64,000 nt of DNA from Takakia lepidozioides (taxonomy: Eukaryota > Plantae > Bryophyta), in assembly GCA_030704615.1 (NCBI GenBank), contig CM060734.1, positions 20,708,001-20,772,000 on the forward strand. The letters are read 5' to 3'. The notes below the pieces were generated by a model. That model did no database searches. It was not told the DNA's origin and saw only the letters and a program-made list of their open reading frames with translations. This document shows, piece by piece, positions 47,500 to 60,146 of the stretch (position 1 is the first letter of the stretch; every line of letters starts with the position of its first letter). The position numbers were made by a program, and so were the translations under genes.

Positions 47500-50400
47500 A
47501 TTAGGTCAAGTACAACTTAAGACGATCACCGTTAATGCGGGTCAGCAATGGGTCGCCAGTCATGGTAGCTAATTGTATAGAGCCATTTGGAAAAGCTTCC
47601 ACCACCCGATAGGGCCCGAGCCACCTCATCTTCAATTTACCAGGAAATTTTTTGAAAACGTCTATCATAAAGGAGAATCAAATCTTGAGCTTTAAAGATC
47701 TTGGGCTTAAGGCGGCTATCATAATAATCCTTCCGCCGCAGTTGGGTGACTTCAATGTTCTGTAACGCCTGCCGCGAAGTTCATCCATCTTAACCAATTG
47801 CAACAGACGAGCCGATAGGGATGGAACATCGCCCAAACGATCCTCAATAGCTATGCGTAGGGAGGGAATTTCAAGCTCGATAGGCAATATTGCCTCTTGG
47901 GGACATAAACCAACTGGAAGGGAGTAAATCCGGTAGTAACTTTAAATGCAGTCCGATAGGCCCATAATGCAGAAAATAATTTAGTATCCCAATCGCCGCC
48001 AGTACCATAAATTGTCTTTGTTAGGATACCACAAAGTAACCCATTGGTTTTCTCCGTCTGACCATTAGCCCGTGGGTGATAAGGAGTAGTCTTCTGATGT
48101 TTAATGACATATTTGGCCGTCATATGCTCAATAATAGAATTTAAAAAATGAGTACCACGGTCGCTCACAAGCTCTCGAGGACAACCAAATCGAGTAATGA
48201 TATTCTCATACAAAAACTGCGCCACAACCTTGGCCGTATCGGTGCGAGAGGCCATAGCTTCAGCCCACTTAGTGACATATTCAGTTGCAACAAGAATATA
48301 TCGTTTCTGACCATTGCGAGAGGCAGGGGCGATAGGTCCAACAAAATCGATACCCCACTTCTCAAAAGGTGCATGTGCAAGGATGGGAACCAGGGGCATA
48401 GAACTCGATCGCGCAGGTTTGCCAATACGTTGGCATGCATCACAACGACGCACATAAGCAAAAGCATCTTTAAATAGGGTAGGCCACCAATAACCTGCCA
48501 ATAATACTTTCCGTCCGGTGGCATCCCCTGCAAAATGGCCACCACAAGAATCGGCATGGCACCCCTCAAGTATCGTTGGAACCTCGGCTTCCAAGATGCA
48601 ACGATGCAATACACCATCATTCCCGAGCTTGTATAATGTGTCGCCAATAATCGTATACGGCGCAATCTTCTCTACCAGCCGACGCTTCTGCTTCTCAGTA
48701 TAACCCTCTGGAAATTGTTGTAACAATAAGTAATTAAAGATGAGAGCATACTCTCCTGTCATCACATCAACCACAAAAAGGGCAGCATCTAGGAAAGAAT
48801 CATCTATCGGCTCCTCGCCGACTTCCTTCGATAGACGACTTAAATGATCAGCATTGGCATGCTTGCGCCCAGGGCGAACCACAATTTTAAAAGTAAATTC
48901 TTCTTGCAATAAAATAACCCACCGGGCCACTCTGCCACTCAGCTGAGGTTTATTAATGAGATATTTTAGTGCATCATGATCAACATGAAAAACAAATGGA
49001 TAACCCAATAAATAATGGCGATACTTCTGAACCGAATAAATCATGCCCAAACCTTCTCATTCAGTGGTAGTATAATTTTTCTCTGCCGCAGCCAATTGAC
49101 GACTCGCATATATCGGATGATCAAACAACTTTTCATCCTTCTGACTCAAAACGCTACCAATAGCATAGTTTGAAGCATCCACATAGACCTGAAACTCCTT
49201 AGTCCAATCGGGGGAAATCAAGATAGACGCCTTTATCAATCGCCCTTTTAATTCTTGAAAAGAATGCTGACACTCCTTTGTCCACTGTTGCTCTGCATCG
49301 TGTTTCAATAATTGAGTCAATGGTAGGGCAATCTCAGCATATCAACGGATAAAACGGCGATAGTACCCCACATGGCCCAGAAAGGCACGCACCTCTGTTA
49401 CCGTTGTGGGGGTAGGTAATTGGACAATAATCTCAATCTTAGTGGGGTCAGTTGATATCCCTCGAGTTGATACAATATGGCCTAAAAGCTTCCCCTTGGT
49501 AACCAGAAATTGACATTTTCCGGCATTCAGAGAGATTCCATACTCTTTACATTTTAGAAAGCACAGCTCCAACATCTCAGCATGTGTTGTTTTGCTGCTA
49601 TAGACACAAAAATCGTCCAAGAAAATCTCCATAAATAGATGCAAGTAATCCTGAAAAGCAGCAGTCATTACTCGTTGAAACATAGCAGGAGCATTGCAAA
49701 GTCCGAAGGGCATGACTTTATAGGCATAAGTGCCCCAATCGGTGGTAAAAGTAGTTTTAGGCCGATCCTCTTCTGCGATCGTGATCTGATTATAACCAGA
49801 AAAGCCATCGAGGAAAGAATAACACTCATGGCCCGCTACTGCATCCAGAATAGTATCAGTGAAAGGTAATGGAAAATAATCCTTCCGAGTCACAGCATTA
49901 AGTTTCCGGAAATCTTGACAGATTCGTACTTTGCCCGATTGCTTTTTGGGTACGACCACTATAGACGATACCCAATAGCTATAAGGTACAGGATAAATGA
50001 ATCCAGCAGCTAACAATTTGTCCAATTCTTCTTTAACCAACAGAGAATATTTAGGATTCAATCGATGTTGGCGTTGCCGTACTGGCATTGCTCCTTCCTC
50101 CAATATAATGCGATGCTGGCAGATTTCTGGGGGTACACCCCGAAGGTCAGTATAAGTCCATGCAAAAGTCGTACGATGTTTATGGAAAAACTCCTTCCAC
50201 ATAGACAATTCATTTGATGGGATTGCCGCAGAAATTATAATGTCATTGGGCTCAACAGCTGTATTCAAATTCAAGGTTTGGTAAGGGTCCTTCTTTATCA
50301 ATGGAGCACGGTTGTCATCAGCCGAATCATACCACGCGATATCCTATGACGTGGTGGCCTCTTCCCACTCAGATTCATGCTGCACCATATAAGAAGTTCG

Positions 50401-53269
50401 CTCCCTCCCATCGCAAGATAGCATGATCAGAGTCACTATCAAAATCACCATGCCAAGAGTATTTTCCTAGATTAGCACAGCGGTAGATCCGCCGGCTCCG
50501 TGTATGTTTAGGTGACAATAATAGGGTTTGAAGATCACTATCGGTGTCACTGGTCCTCTCGTCAGCTTCAAAGGTAAACTCAGATTCTATCTCCTGCGTC
50601 TCCCCATGATATGCTACTGGGTACATTTGCAACACCACCTTTTGTTCTCCTTTTCCCAGAGTCAAAGTGCCTTTCCCCCAATCATTTTTAGCTTTAGATT
50701 GGAACAACCATGGTCGTCCTAATAAGATGGGGTAAGAATAGGCCGAGACATTTAGTCGGAAGACCACATAATCAATGGAATACTCAATAGCAGCAATTAT
50801 AGTTGGGACGGTAGTCAGGACGCCCATTGGTTTGACACGGCTTTGATCGCCATCCGTAACACCAATCGAGTGTTCTGTAAACCACCAAGTCCTAACTCCA
50901 TTGTGTCGGAACTCATTAGATTGACACTAGAACCACCGTCAATTTGAACTCCAGTAATAACAACGCCATCTATTGTTACATCAAGGACGGGGGCACCTGG
51001 ATCCGGTTTGAGTGTGGATATACTCACTTCATGGACGTAGTTATTCGTTGCCTGTTTCCGCACTAGAGATGACTGCAAAGAAGCCCGGCATTGAGGTGCG
51101 ATAGCCAACAACTGTCGCAAAGAAATAGCAGGTTGCAACGTGTCCAGGTCTTTAGGTATATCATAATGAACCAAGCCTTTAGTCAGTGCCATGACCCTTT
51201 TTCGTCGAGACCCCTTGGGGTGTCCTATCTTGCCATTGCCTATTTTCGGACCAGTATACTTCTCTTTATTTCTCTGCTGGACTGGCTCCGTTCTGGATTG
51301 GGGTGTCACAACTGAGATGACAGAATCCGGGTCGATAGGGTCCATGATCGTGGAAGGTGGATGGACAACCAAACTAGGTGATATCATCGTTGGTATCGGA
51401 TGAATATCGGGCATAATGGGCAGAGATCGTTGTACCTCCTCAATTGGCTTGGACTTCATGCTATCGGGGATTTTTAAGGTAGAGTCTTCCACGATAGGGT
51501 CCATCGGCAATAACTTACGAGCTCTGGTGGTAACCCCTTTAACCATGGGCTTATCTGTCTCAGCATTAAAATAATAAGATTGCAAAGGGGTATCGGCTGC
51601 TTCCATCTTGCCTTTGCCTTTCAAGGTGGCTATTTTATCAGCCAAATTCATATCACTCACACATTCTTGCACTGTTACTCGGTTCACAACTCGATTGGTA
51701 TTAGTGTTTCCAAAAGAATGTGACGGCCCTGCAGTTGGTGGTACTGGTCCTGAATCAAGAAGTGGAGGGATTGATGAAGTTTGCTGATGGATGGGATTTT
51801 GGGGATATGGACTCTCACATTGTTCAGCAGTATGTCCCTGACCTCCACGACGCCCACAAAGCGGGATATAATCAACCGGGGCTTTTGGATTAGGGCATTC
51901 GCTAGCAATATGTCCCATCTCATGACAACGATAGCAAATCGGGTATTGACCATTCCTCAATCGTTGAGCAGGCGGCCGATAAGGAGTATTAGTTTGTTGT
52001 GGATACATCTGCTGCCGTTGGCCTCCTCCGCCCCCATAGGTTTGACCATAAGCTCCCCGAGGTGGTATCCCCCGCATTTGCTGTCAAATAGGCTGATTAG
52101 CCGACTGGTACCAGCTCTGGGTCCTCGAGTTGGTTCCAGGGTTGCTGAGTCTGAGGAGGTGGGTCAGACCATTGAGCAACCACATGCTGGTTAGCAGATG
52201 GTGGGGCCAACCCGATTTGATTGACATCCCAACCCGTCCTTGATTTATTCTTTATTGGGGTTAGACCCATAGCTGATTGTAAATGCCAACACTGTAATAT
52301 CACATGTCCTGTTTTACCACAATAACCACATTTAGCAGCAGCTCCATTAATGGGATTGGTCACTGGGCCCACTGGGCACTCATTAGCAAGATGTCCATGA
52401 ACCTGGCAATTAGAACACCACATATTGGATCGCTGATTATTTGGCTTGGGTCTCCCATCTCGTCTAGAAGCCAATTCAACGAAGAGTTCCTCCATTTTCT
52501 TAGTTAAAGCAGCAATATGCACTTCTTGCGGGTCAACTACGACACCAGCTGGTAGTCGATTTTGCAAGGATACAGGGGCATACATTCCCACAGTAGACTG
52601 ATTTGAAGAAGGAGAAATAGTCACTGGAGCTGACGATGCTTGTGGGGCCCAAGAATCAGTATCAAACATTGTCGTGGGCCCAACTGAATAAGTAATGATA
52701 TTAATAGTCTCCCATAACTTAGCCCGATTAATTGCGGCCTGTAAATCGGCAGGAATACCCTCTTTAACAAAACGTTTCAGTTCTGCTGGAGCCAACCCTT
52801 CTACAAATAGGTCCATCTGTATATGGTTAGGAATATTATGATTATTCCATCGTTGAAGAATATCCTCTAGGTGGCCTGCAAATGAGTCGACCGACTCGCC
52901 TTTCACCATATGAATTTTTGTCAGTTGCTCCCGTAGACGATCGGTAAATCCCAAGGGTCGAAATTGTGTTAGGAAAGTTGTCTTTAAAGTGTTCCAATCA
53001 GGAAATGCTCCATGCTGTTGTCGATCATACCACTGAAATGCTAAGTCCCGCAAAGTGGCAGGGAACATCGTCAACCAACAGAATTCCGTCCTGGCATTAT
53101 TAGCAATACAAGCTGTCATAAATTGAGCCAAATGGAGGTCAGGATCTGACCCTTGCAGCCCCGTAAACTGTGGCAGGGGCGATACATTGACAGTTCTATC
53201 GTTAGGCGTTCCCACATTCACCACCACTGGAATTGATTGGAGAGCAGCTGCAATTGGTACTGCTGCCAT
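47500..53269 (-). pseudogene. pol: Element A gag-pol (few frameshifts)
   Basis: gag 52097-53269 with CSNCQVHGHLANEC and CGYCGKTGHVILQC; PR VQIDGGSSVNL; RT FLDGFSGYNQI, FLDD; RH YVDASNYAIG; INT WGIDFVGP, SDRGTHF, NGQTE. Confidence 0.95.
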
Positions 53270-53830
53270 TGGTACTAGTACAATAGGTGGTACAATAGGT
53301 GGTGCAATAGGGGATACGATAGGTGGTGCCGATGCAGCTGCCTGTGCGGTAATAATGCTCGTCGTGCTATCCTGACTGCCAATCGATCAGATCTGGCTTT
53401 AGCCTTATGCTCGGCGGTTACGGGAGATTCCCTCATACCCCATAATCTCTTCTTCTTAATTGACAATACAAGATGATCTCCTCGATTTCTTGCAACAGTC
53501 AATTCAATTGTTCTTGACGTTTCTTCTTGTTCCGGCAATAGTTGAATCTGCTCCTCCTGTGCTATCGCCAGAGCTAGCATCTCCACTTTTTATTAACTGA
53601 GAATAAGGAGGCTCATTCGTTTCCCGCGCCTTGATCTGAGTCCAAAAACATTCTGGGATCTCTGCCTTCTTATGCTGCTTACATAAACTATAATAAGGAC
53701 ATAGTTTGAAACCAGGTGGAGAAACCTTACTATTACGAATGACTTCCCTCGTCATCTCGTAATCCTCTCTACAGAAAGTAATTATCTTGAAATTTTAGTA
53801 AAGCATCACTATAGCAAACCGCATCGTCTT

Positions 53831-53848
53831 TCCCCGGCAGCGGCGCCA
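53831..53848 (-). promoter_or_regulatory. Primer-binding site of element A (tRNA-Asp-like, Athila type)
   Basis: TGGCGCCGCTGCCGGGGA, a few nt downstream of the 5' LTR. Confidence 0.85.
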
Positions 53849-53854
53849 AAAAGA

Positions 53855-55283
53855 TGTAGAATAAAACTAGAATCAATCCTAAAAGAGGATCAATTAGTTC
53901 TAAGGTTCGTTCGCTGGGGAAAGCACTATACGACTAATACATAATGATGCCAGACTATTCTATCTCTCTCTATCCCTTCTTTGAAACAACTTCTACCAAC
54001 AGTCATCTTCATCTAACACGATCATCATTCTTCCAGATTCATGAATATTCTCTCCATCTTCTATTAACTCTGCTCCATCGGCTGAAATCAAATACCATTG
54101 CTCCACTATATTCTTCCTCCAATAATCTCTCTAATACAAAGTCAACAACTCTCGATACCATTCTTTATTAACTAACCATAGATTGATTATCTCCCTGTCG
54201 CTACATTGTAATCTTTTAAAGATATCTAGAGACAAACTATGAGGCAGTCCAGTAATCAATTCTACAGGATATACTATCTGTTCTCCTTCACACATCGCTA
54301 GTGATCATTCTTCACCACCAATTCTGTTTCTCAAGTCATTCCAGGGATTTTCCCTCACCAAAGTTATGATTCCATTCTTTCATAAGTTCAGGATAGCCTT
54401 TAAATGGTCTATACCACTTCTGCAACCAACTATGCTTCCAATAACAACTCCGGTATAGAATGGATATCTCCCTATGCCATCATTTATTGACCAATTGCAG
54501 TAAGAATACTTCTTTATCACTACAACAAAGTTTCTGAAAGATTGTTATCGATAAATGGTCTGGTAATCCAGAGATCAATTCTGACACTTCCTTTATTCCT
54601 TCACTATTGCTCTCCGCCATGCAAATGATTTTAATTCACTGTTTCATTCCTATCATAAAACCAATTGAAAACCCTCTCTCTGTCTTCTTTTCCTTAATCG
54701 GCTCCTTCTTGAGCTTTGAATATCTCTCTATCGATATTCCTCTTGATGGACCAGAACTAATCCTCACATCGAATTCTTATCTGTTTCATTTATGCGCATT
54801 CTCATCATCTCATATGGTTCTTCAGTTCTTACACACGAAAACACATCCTCATTCCATCACTCCATTTTTCACACGTACACAAAGTGAATTGCACTTCTTT
54901 TTTCTTCTTCTTCTCATTCATAAATCACAACACCGCAAAAATCTACCATTGCAGAATAACTCTATAATCTACCTCCTACTCACTCTACTCCCTCTACTCC
55001 CGGTCACGGCTCTCTGGCTCAATTGACACTTTCTGCTTCTCATTAACGCTTTATATAGCAGAGTATTTCAATAACTGTAATAACCGCTCAAAAACTTCTT
55101 CATCCATCCTTTACAATTTTTCATCCATCTCTTCTATCATTCAGTCCAAGATAGACTATCGACTATATACAAGATATCGAAGAACATTGCTCTATCGCAG
55201 CAATATCGAAGGTATCGCAGGCTAGAAAGATATTAAAAAGTTCTGAAAATTGTCATTAAGTCAGAAATTCCTATTATTCTACA
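53855..55283 (-). repeat. 5' LTR of element A
   Basis: Matches 18026-19452. Confidence 0.95.
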
Positions 55284-55649
55284 CCATGCTAGTGCAAAAG
55301 ACTGTGATATGAGCGGGGTTTGTGTCATCAAAATCTGCCTCCACATTCGAGACACCATCTCCACCATTTGTCAAGACCTACCTAAATCCAAGGCTGCGAA
55401 AAGGTGGCCTAGCTTACTGAAGAAGGCCGGGGCCTGCACTGATCGGCGTTTGTCTGTGATGAGAGCAAGGATTCAAGCAATGAAGCAGCATAAAAAGATC
55501 AAATACGCCACAGATCCAGACTGGGGAGGGTAGTTTGGAGAAGTGGGAGGGTAATTGCCCTGATCACGGTGCCGGCCATTTATGCCCCTATGTGCTGGAT
55601 ATATCAACCAACACGTGACTACTTACATGTAACTCTCCATCATGCACCA

Positions 55650-56115
55650 ACACCGCAAGTGAGACCATCCAGGGAAGTCACCTTACACGCTCTGTGTGAT
55701 GCCAACTTTACCACCCACTCCTATTGTCGAATGCCACTGTATGTGCTTGGTACTTATAACATGAAATCTCAAACTCCACATTTCTATGTTCTAAGAGCCT
55801 ATACCTCCAATGCTGCCATTATCCTGTCGACATCTGATACTACAACTATTGTTGTTTATGCGTCTGTGCATCCGCCACCAAGTGCTGCAAATATCCGCCA
55901 ACAATCATGCCTACAACTCTCCAGCCTGCACCAACACCACAAGACATGCCATCCAGGGAAGTGACCTTACATGCTCCGGTTGCTCCCTACACTGCCTCTA
56001 ACTATAGATGTCAACTGTTGTTGTTCGTACTTAATACTGGTCCCATGAAATCTCACACTCCACATCTCTATGTCCTACAAACCTACACCCTCAATGTTGC
56101 CATTATCTTGTCAAC
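55650..56115. repeat. Diverged ~284-bp tandem duplication upstream of LINE ORF2
   Basis: catccagggaagt(c/g)accttaca at ~55667 and ~55950; atgaaatctca(a/c)actccaca at 55761 and 56045. Confidence 0.75.
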
Positions 56116-57238
56116 TACTAGCTCCCTTTCCCTTCGCCTGAGAGAAAGCTACAACACTGCCATCTACCCTAATTTCTGGTGCATTGTAAGGATGTCTGTA
56201 CTGCAGCCCGCATGTGGATCACAAACCCCGCCAACAATCAATTTATGTTGCAAGCTACTAGCCCCCTTCGACTCTGCCGATTGGAGTCCCTGCCTACCAC
56301 CTTGCTCGTGTACTTCCCCGACTTGCTGCGCTCCCTCACATGCGCCAACCTACTGCGAAGCACTGCGGCTCAATTTTGCTGCACCGACCACCTATCAGAT
56401 CATAGGCTTGTTAGATATTGAGCTGCTGTTATCACTAGCTACCCTTATTGGCTTCACTCACAAATCTCCATCTCTCATCCTCCACAACTTCAACTCATCT
56501 TGTACTATATTTTTTCCCAAATAAACACCCCCAACAAGCTTCTCTATCTCGTCACAACACGCCCCCTCAGGTGTCATATATCTGCCATATCTACACCCTC
56601 ACATTTTCAGCCCCCTACCTCATCAATTCTTGTGATATCAAATCAATCACACGGTCTCTTTATCACCCCCTCTAGCATCCTATTCTTGACAGCCATTTCT
56701 CCTCAACCTTCCCACCCTCTCAGCTGCCAAGCATCTACCACAATCCAGATCCACTTACCATCACCCAACCCTACCACCACTCCACACTGTACCTCTATCC
56801 CACTATCTATATCAAGGCCCACTGAACTCATTCATCCATGGATGTTGTCCACTTATCCTCTTTCCCCCACTCTAGTTAATTATACACTCTCTACCCACCA
56901 TACACCCATATTAAATTTTTATCCCCATCATGAGAGCTCATGTACAACAAACCTCCTTCATGACCCCCAGACGAACCCACACACTAACCCATAGGCAATA
57001 CCTCCCCCACACACACACAAGCAACTAGCTCCACTAGTACCCACTATGCTAACACCAACTCTACCCCCCTCATACACTTTCTCCACAACTACCCCCACGC
57101 ACCCCCACCCCTCACCCCCTCAAAATCCAGCTTATAATCCACTGCCCACATGGACAATATCACCAGAGACCCCTTGCATCCAAACACTCCTCTCACCATC
57201 CACCATCCCACTTTAAGTCCTATCTACTTGCCTATGAA

Positions 57239-59960
57239 ATGCTTACACTACTTCACTACGGCGACATTCACCCAAACCCACACCCCTATACCATTACTAA
57301 CATCATCAACAAGCTTCCAAATGATCATAAAGACAGATATGAATTATACTTCCAAACAGACACTGCCACGCTCGTGCCTGCATATCAACACCTTAGTGAC
57401 CACTTCTCTCCCTTTCTCTCTAACCCTCCTACCAATAACCGTAAACCCACGCACCCAATTGCCACCTTTGGGCTCCCTACCTGCGAACACCCATCCCTAG
57501 TCACTGCCACCTATAAACTTAGCACATACCCCCCACAACATCTACTACTCTCACTAATCGTTGTCATCTCTCCAATCCCCTCAATATGCAATGACTACTT
57601 TAGAACCCAACCAGACATACACATACGTTTGCTACTACACCAACTGCATGAGCTACCCACACTACCTCACAGATACCTAGCACCCCCACACTACCTACAC
57701 AATCTCCACAAATCCCTTGACCTACTACAAGCCAAGCCCAAAGTAGTTCACAAGATTCTTGGCGAACACCTAGCGCACCCAGCTGCTACCATACACGAGC
57801 TAGATACTCTCATTCCCATTCATTTCTAAAAATATTTTCACTACACAACCCTCCATGTCAAGACAAGCATCCCTGGATATCAACCCCCTCCCATGATACC
57901 GCCACTAGTCATCACACCTTGCTTGCCCAGCCACACCAATGACCCACCTCCAACACCCCCTAGACCCAACAGTCCCCCACACGCCCCCTCCTCCCAGCAA
58001 GCACACGCACTCAACATACTCACCTGGAATGTAGGGTCACTTGCTACCAGCATTCAAAGCCTTATCCATCTAATGGACTCTACACCTCCGCATATCATTC
58101 TATTACAAGAAACTAAACTCAACACACACGGTCCTAACAGCTCCTACATCAACAATCTCCTTCACAGCCGCACAATGCCTACTTAGACGCTCCACGCCAT
58201 ATCATCCCACTCGGGGCAGAGTGGCTTTTGGTATTCTTCGCACACATCACTCCCTAGCACCACGGTCAAAATACATGTTGCTCTCTCCCTCCGATCACAC
58301 CTTCAAATCATCAAGCTACACCTCCCCGCTATCCCTCCCATTATCCTTATCCACTTGTACATGCCCTCACATGCCGAAGATCTCCCCCTGATCCTTGATA
58401 TCCTACTCACCATCTCTAACACACTCACACAACCCTCTAACCAATCCCAGCACTACATCCTAGCAGGCGATTTCAACAGGGACATTGCCCTCATGGGCCA
58501 CACATACAATGGTGTTCACAAACCTCCATCCCCCGTTGACCATGAATGGGCAAATTCACTCACTCACCTCCGTTATATACCGGCCGATCACCATTACTCC
58601 AGACAAGGTGGACTTAACTACTCATCCCTCAGTCTTCTTGATGTTTTCTACTTCAAGACACAAAATGACATCCCCTCATACCTCAACAGTCATGTACACA
58701 TTAAATAGTTTATGCAACTCTCCCGTCTCAGTCACCATCCCAGCATCCATCATTCCCTTTTGACCTATCCCACCCATACATGTTCCACCGCCGCAATCTA
58801 GAATCTTATCCCCACTTCCCCACAATAACATAACCGCCTTTCTAAACACTTCCAGCCAACATCCTTACACCTCATGCTAAGACTCTCCGATATATTCTCC
58901 GAAACAAACCTCGCGCAGTCCCTGACAAAGCATGGAACGATGCCGAGACCATACTCACAACTTCAATGCAAGAAATGACCAAAAGTGTGATTGCCACCTG
59001 CTCTGCCCCCCCTGAAATCCCACAAATTGCACGCTCAAAACAAAATGGTGGCTACCTTACCCGTACTCAAAATCGTATATGGACATCACATCTTAACACA
59101 TACCACACGATCAGGCGTGCCCTCGCTATTATACCCACCACTACCCCCATTCACCATGGGAACAACTGGACATCGGATCCACGTATCACTTGCCTAAATA
59201 CCTTAACAACGTGTCAAGTACTAATGCCACCACCTGCCAATCTTCAAGATATTCCAAAATGGACAGCTGCTCTCTCCAAAGTTGGCAGAGATGCCAAAAA
59301 AGCCGCTTACAATATTACCAAACAAAAAGCCGTCGATAATCACAAAAAATTTGTCTCCTCTTTTAACTAATTGCTACGCGACCACCCCAAAAAAGCTCAC
59401 AAAGCCATCTTTAACCCTGCCCTCAACCCACCCATTGACTGTCTCAAACACAGACACGGCCACTTGCTAACCAATCCAGCGGACATCAACCAAGAAATAT
59501 GGTCACAAGCATCCTCAACATACACACCTGCAGTTTCAAACTGCTTACATCCCCGTCTCCACTCTACCAATTGCATGTGTAAAGCTAAACACTATCCGTG
59601 GCATGATATAGATGGCTTCTCGATTGACAATAGAGGATCCCCAATGGATTGCATCATAGACCTATTCACAATTGATCTTTACGAATCATGTCTCAAAAAA
59701 CTATCAAAATCTAAAGCCCTGGGCCCCGATCTTATACCCAATGCTATACTTCAAGCATTAAACCCTCAACTTCACTACCTCCTTTTTAAATTCTTTCAAC
59801 TCTGTTACAAACAAAAGGAATCCTACACTCCTGGAAACACAGCCGGACCATTCTATTCTTCAAAAAAGGTGATCCTACAGATCTCAATAATTACAGACCC
59901 ATAGCATTGGCCAACACCATATACAAGCTATTCACCAGTACACTCACCACAATGCTATCA
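57239..59960 (+). mobile_element. LINE (non-LTR retrotransposon) ORF2: APE endonuclease and start of RT, 3'-truncated and decayed
   Basis: LNILTWNVGSL, IILLQETKL, LYMPS, ILAGDFN (APE). KALGPDLIPN, KKGDPTDLNNYRPIALANTIYKLF (RT N-terminus). Strongly C/A-rich sense strand. Confidence 0.9.
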
Positions 59961-60146
59961 AGATGACGATGACTCCGATGACCAAGCAGACTTGCAGCTT
60001 GATGAGGACGAAGAAGCTCTGGATGATGATGTTCAAGTTGATTAGACACGTAATCAAAGCTACATAACAATTCTCGCACATAATTATACCCATCCCTTCA
60101 ATTGATTGTACATGTACATGCATGTAGCTTATTTCTATGATTGATC

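Larger units (their letters stand above)
18026..55283 (-). mobile_element. Element A: full-length Athila-like (non-chromovirus) Ty3/Gypsy LTR retrotransposon, interrupted by element B
   Basis: ~1.43-kb LTRs TGTAGAATAA...TTATTCTACA at 18026-19452 and 53855-55283. 5-bp TSD CCATG (18021-18025 and 55284-55288). PBS and PPT present. gag-pol at 47.5-53.3 kb. Confidence 0.95.

Noticed and set aside
38772-53375. Numerous plus-strand ORFs overlapping gag-pol regions
   Set aside because: They are antisense shadows of retrotransposon coding sequence, with no recognisable motifs.
59961-60045. Acidic C-terminal coding fragment (DDDDSDDQADLQLDEDEEALDDDVQVD*) as an identifiable gene
   Set aside because: Too short and low-complexity to assign; it only marks the LINE truncation point.
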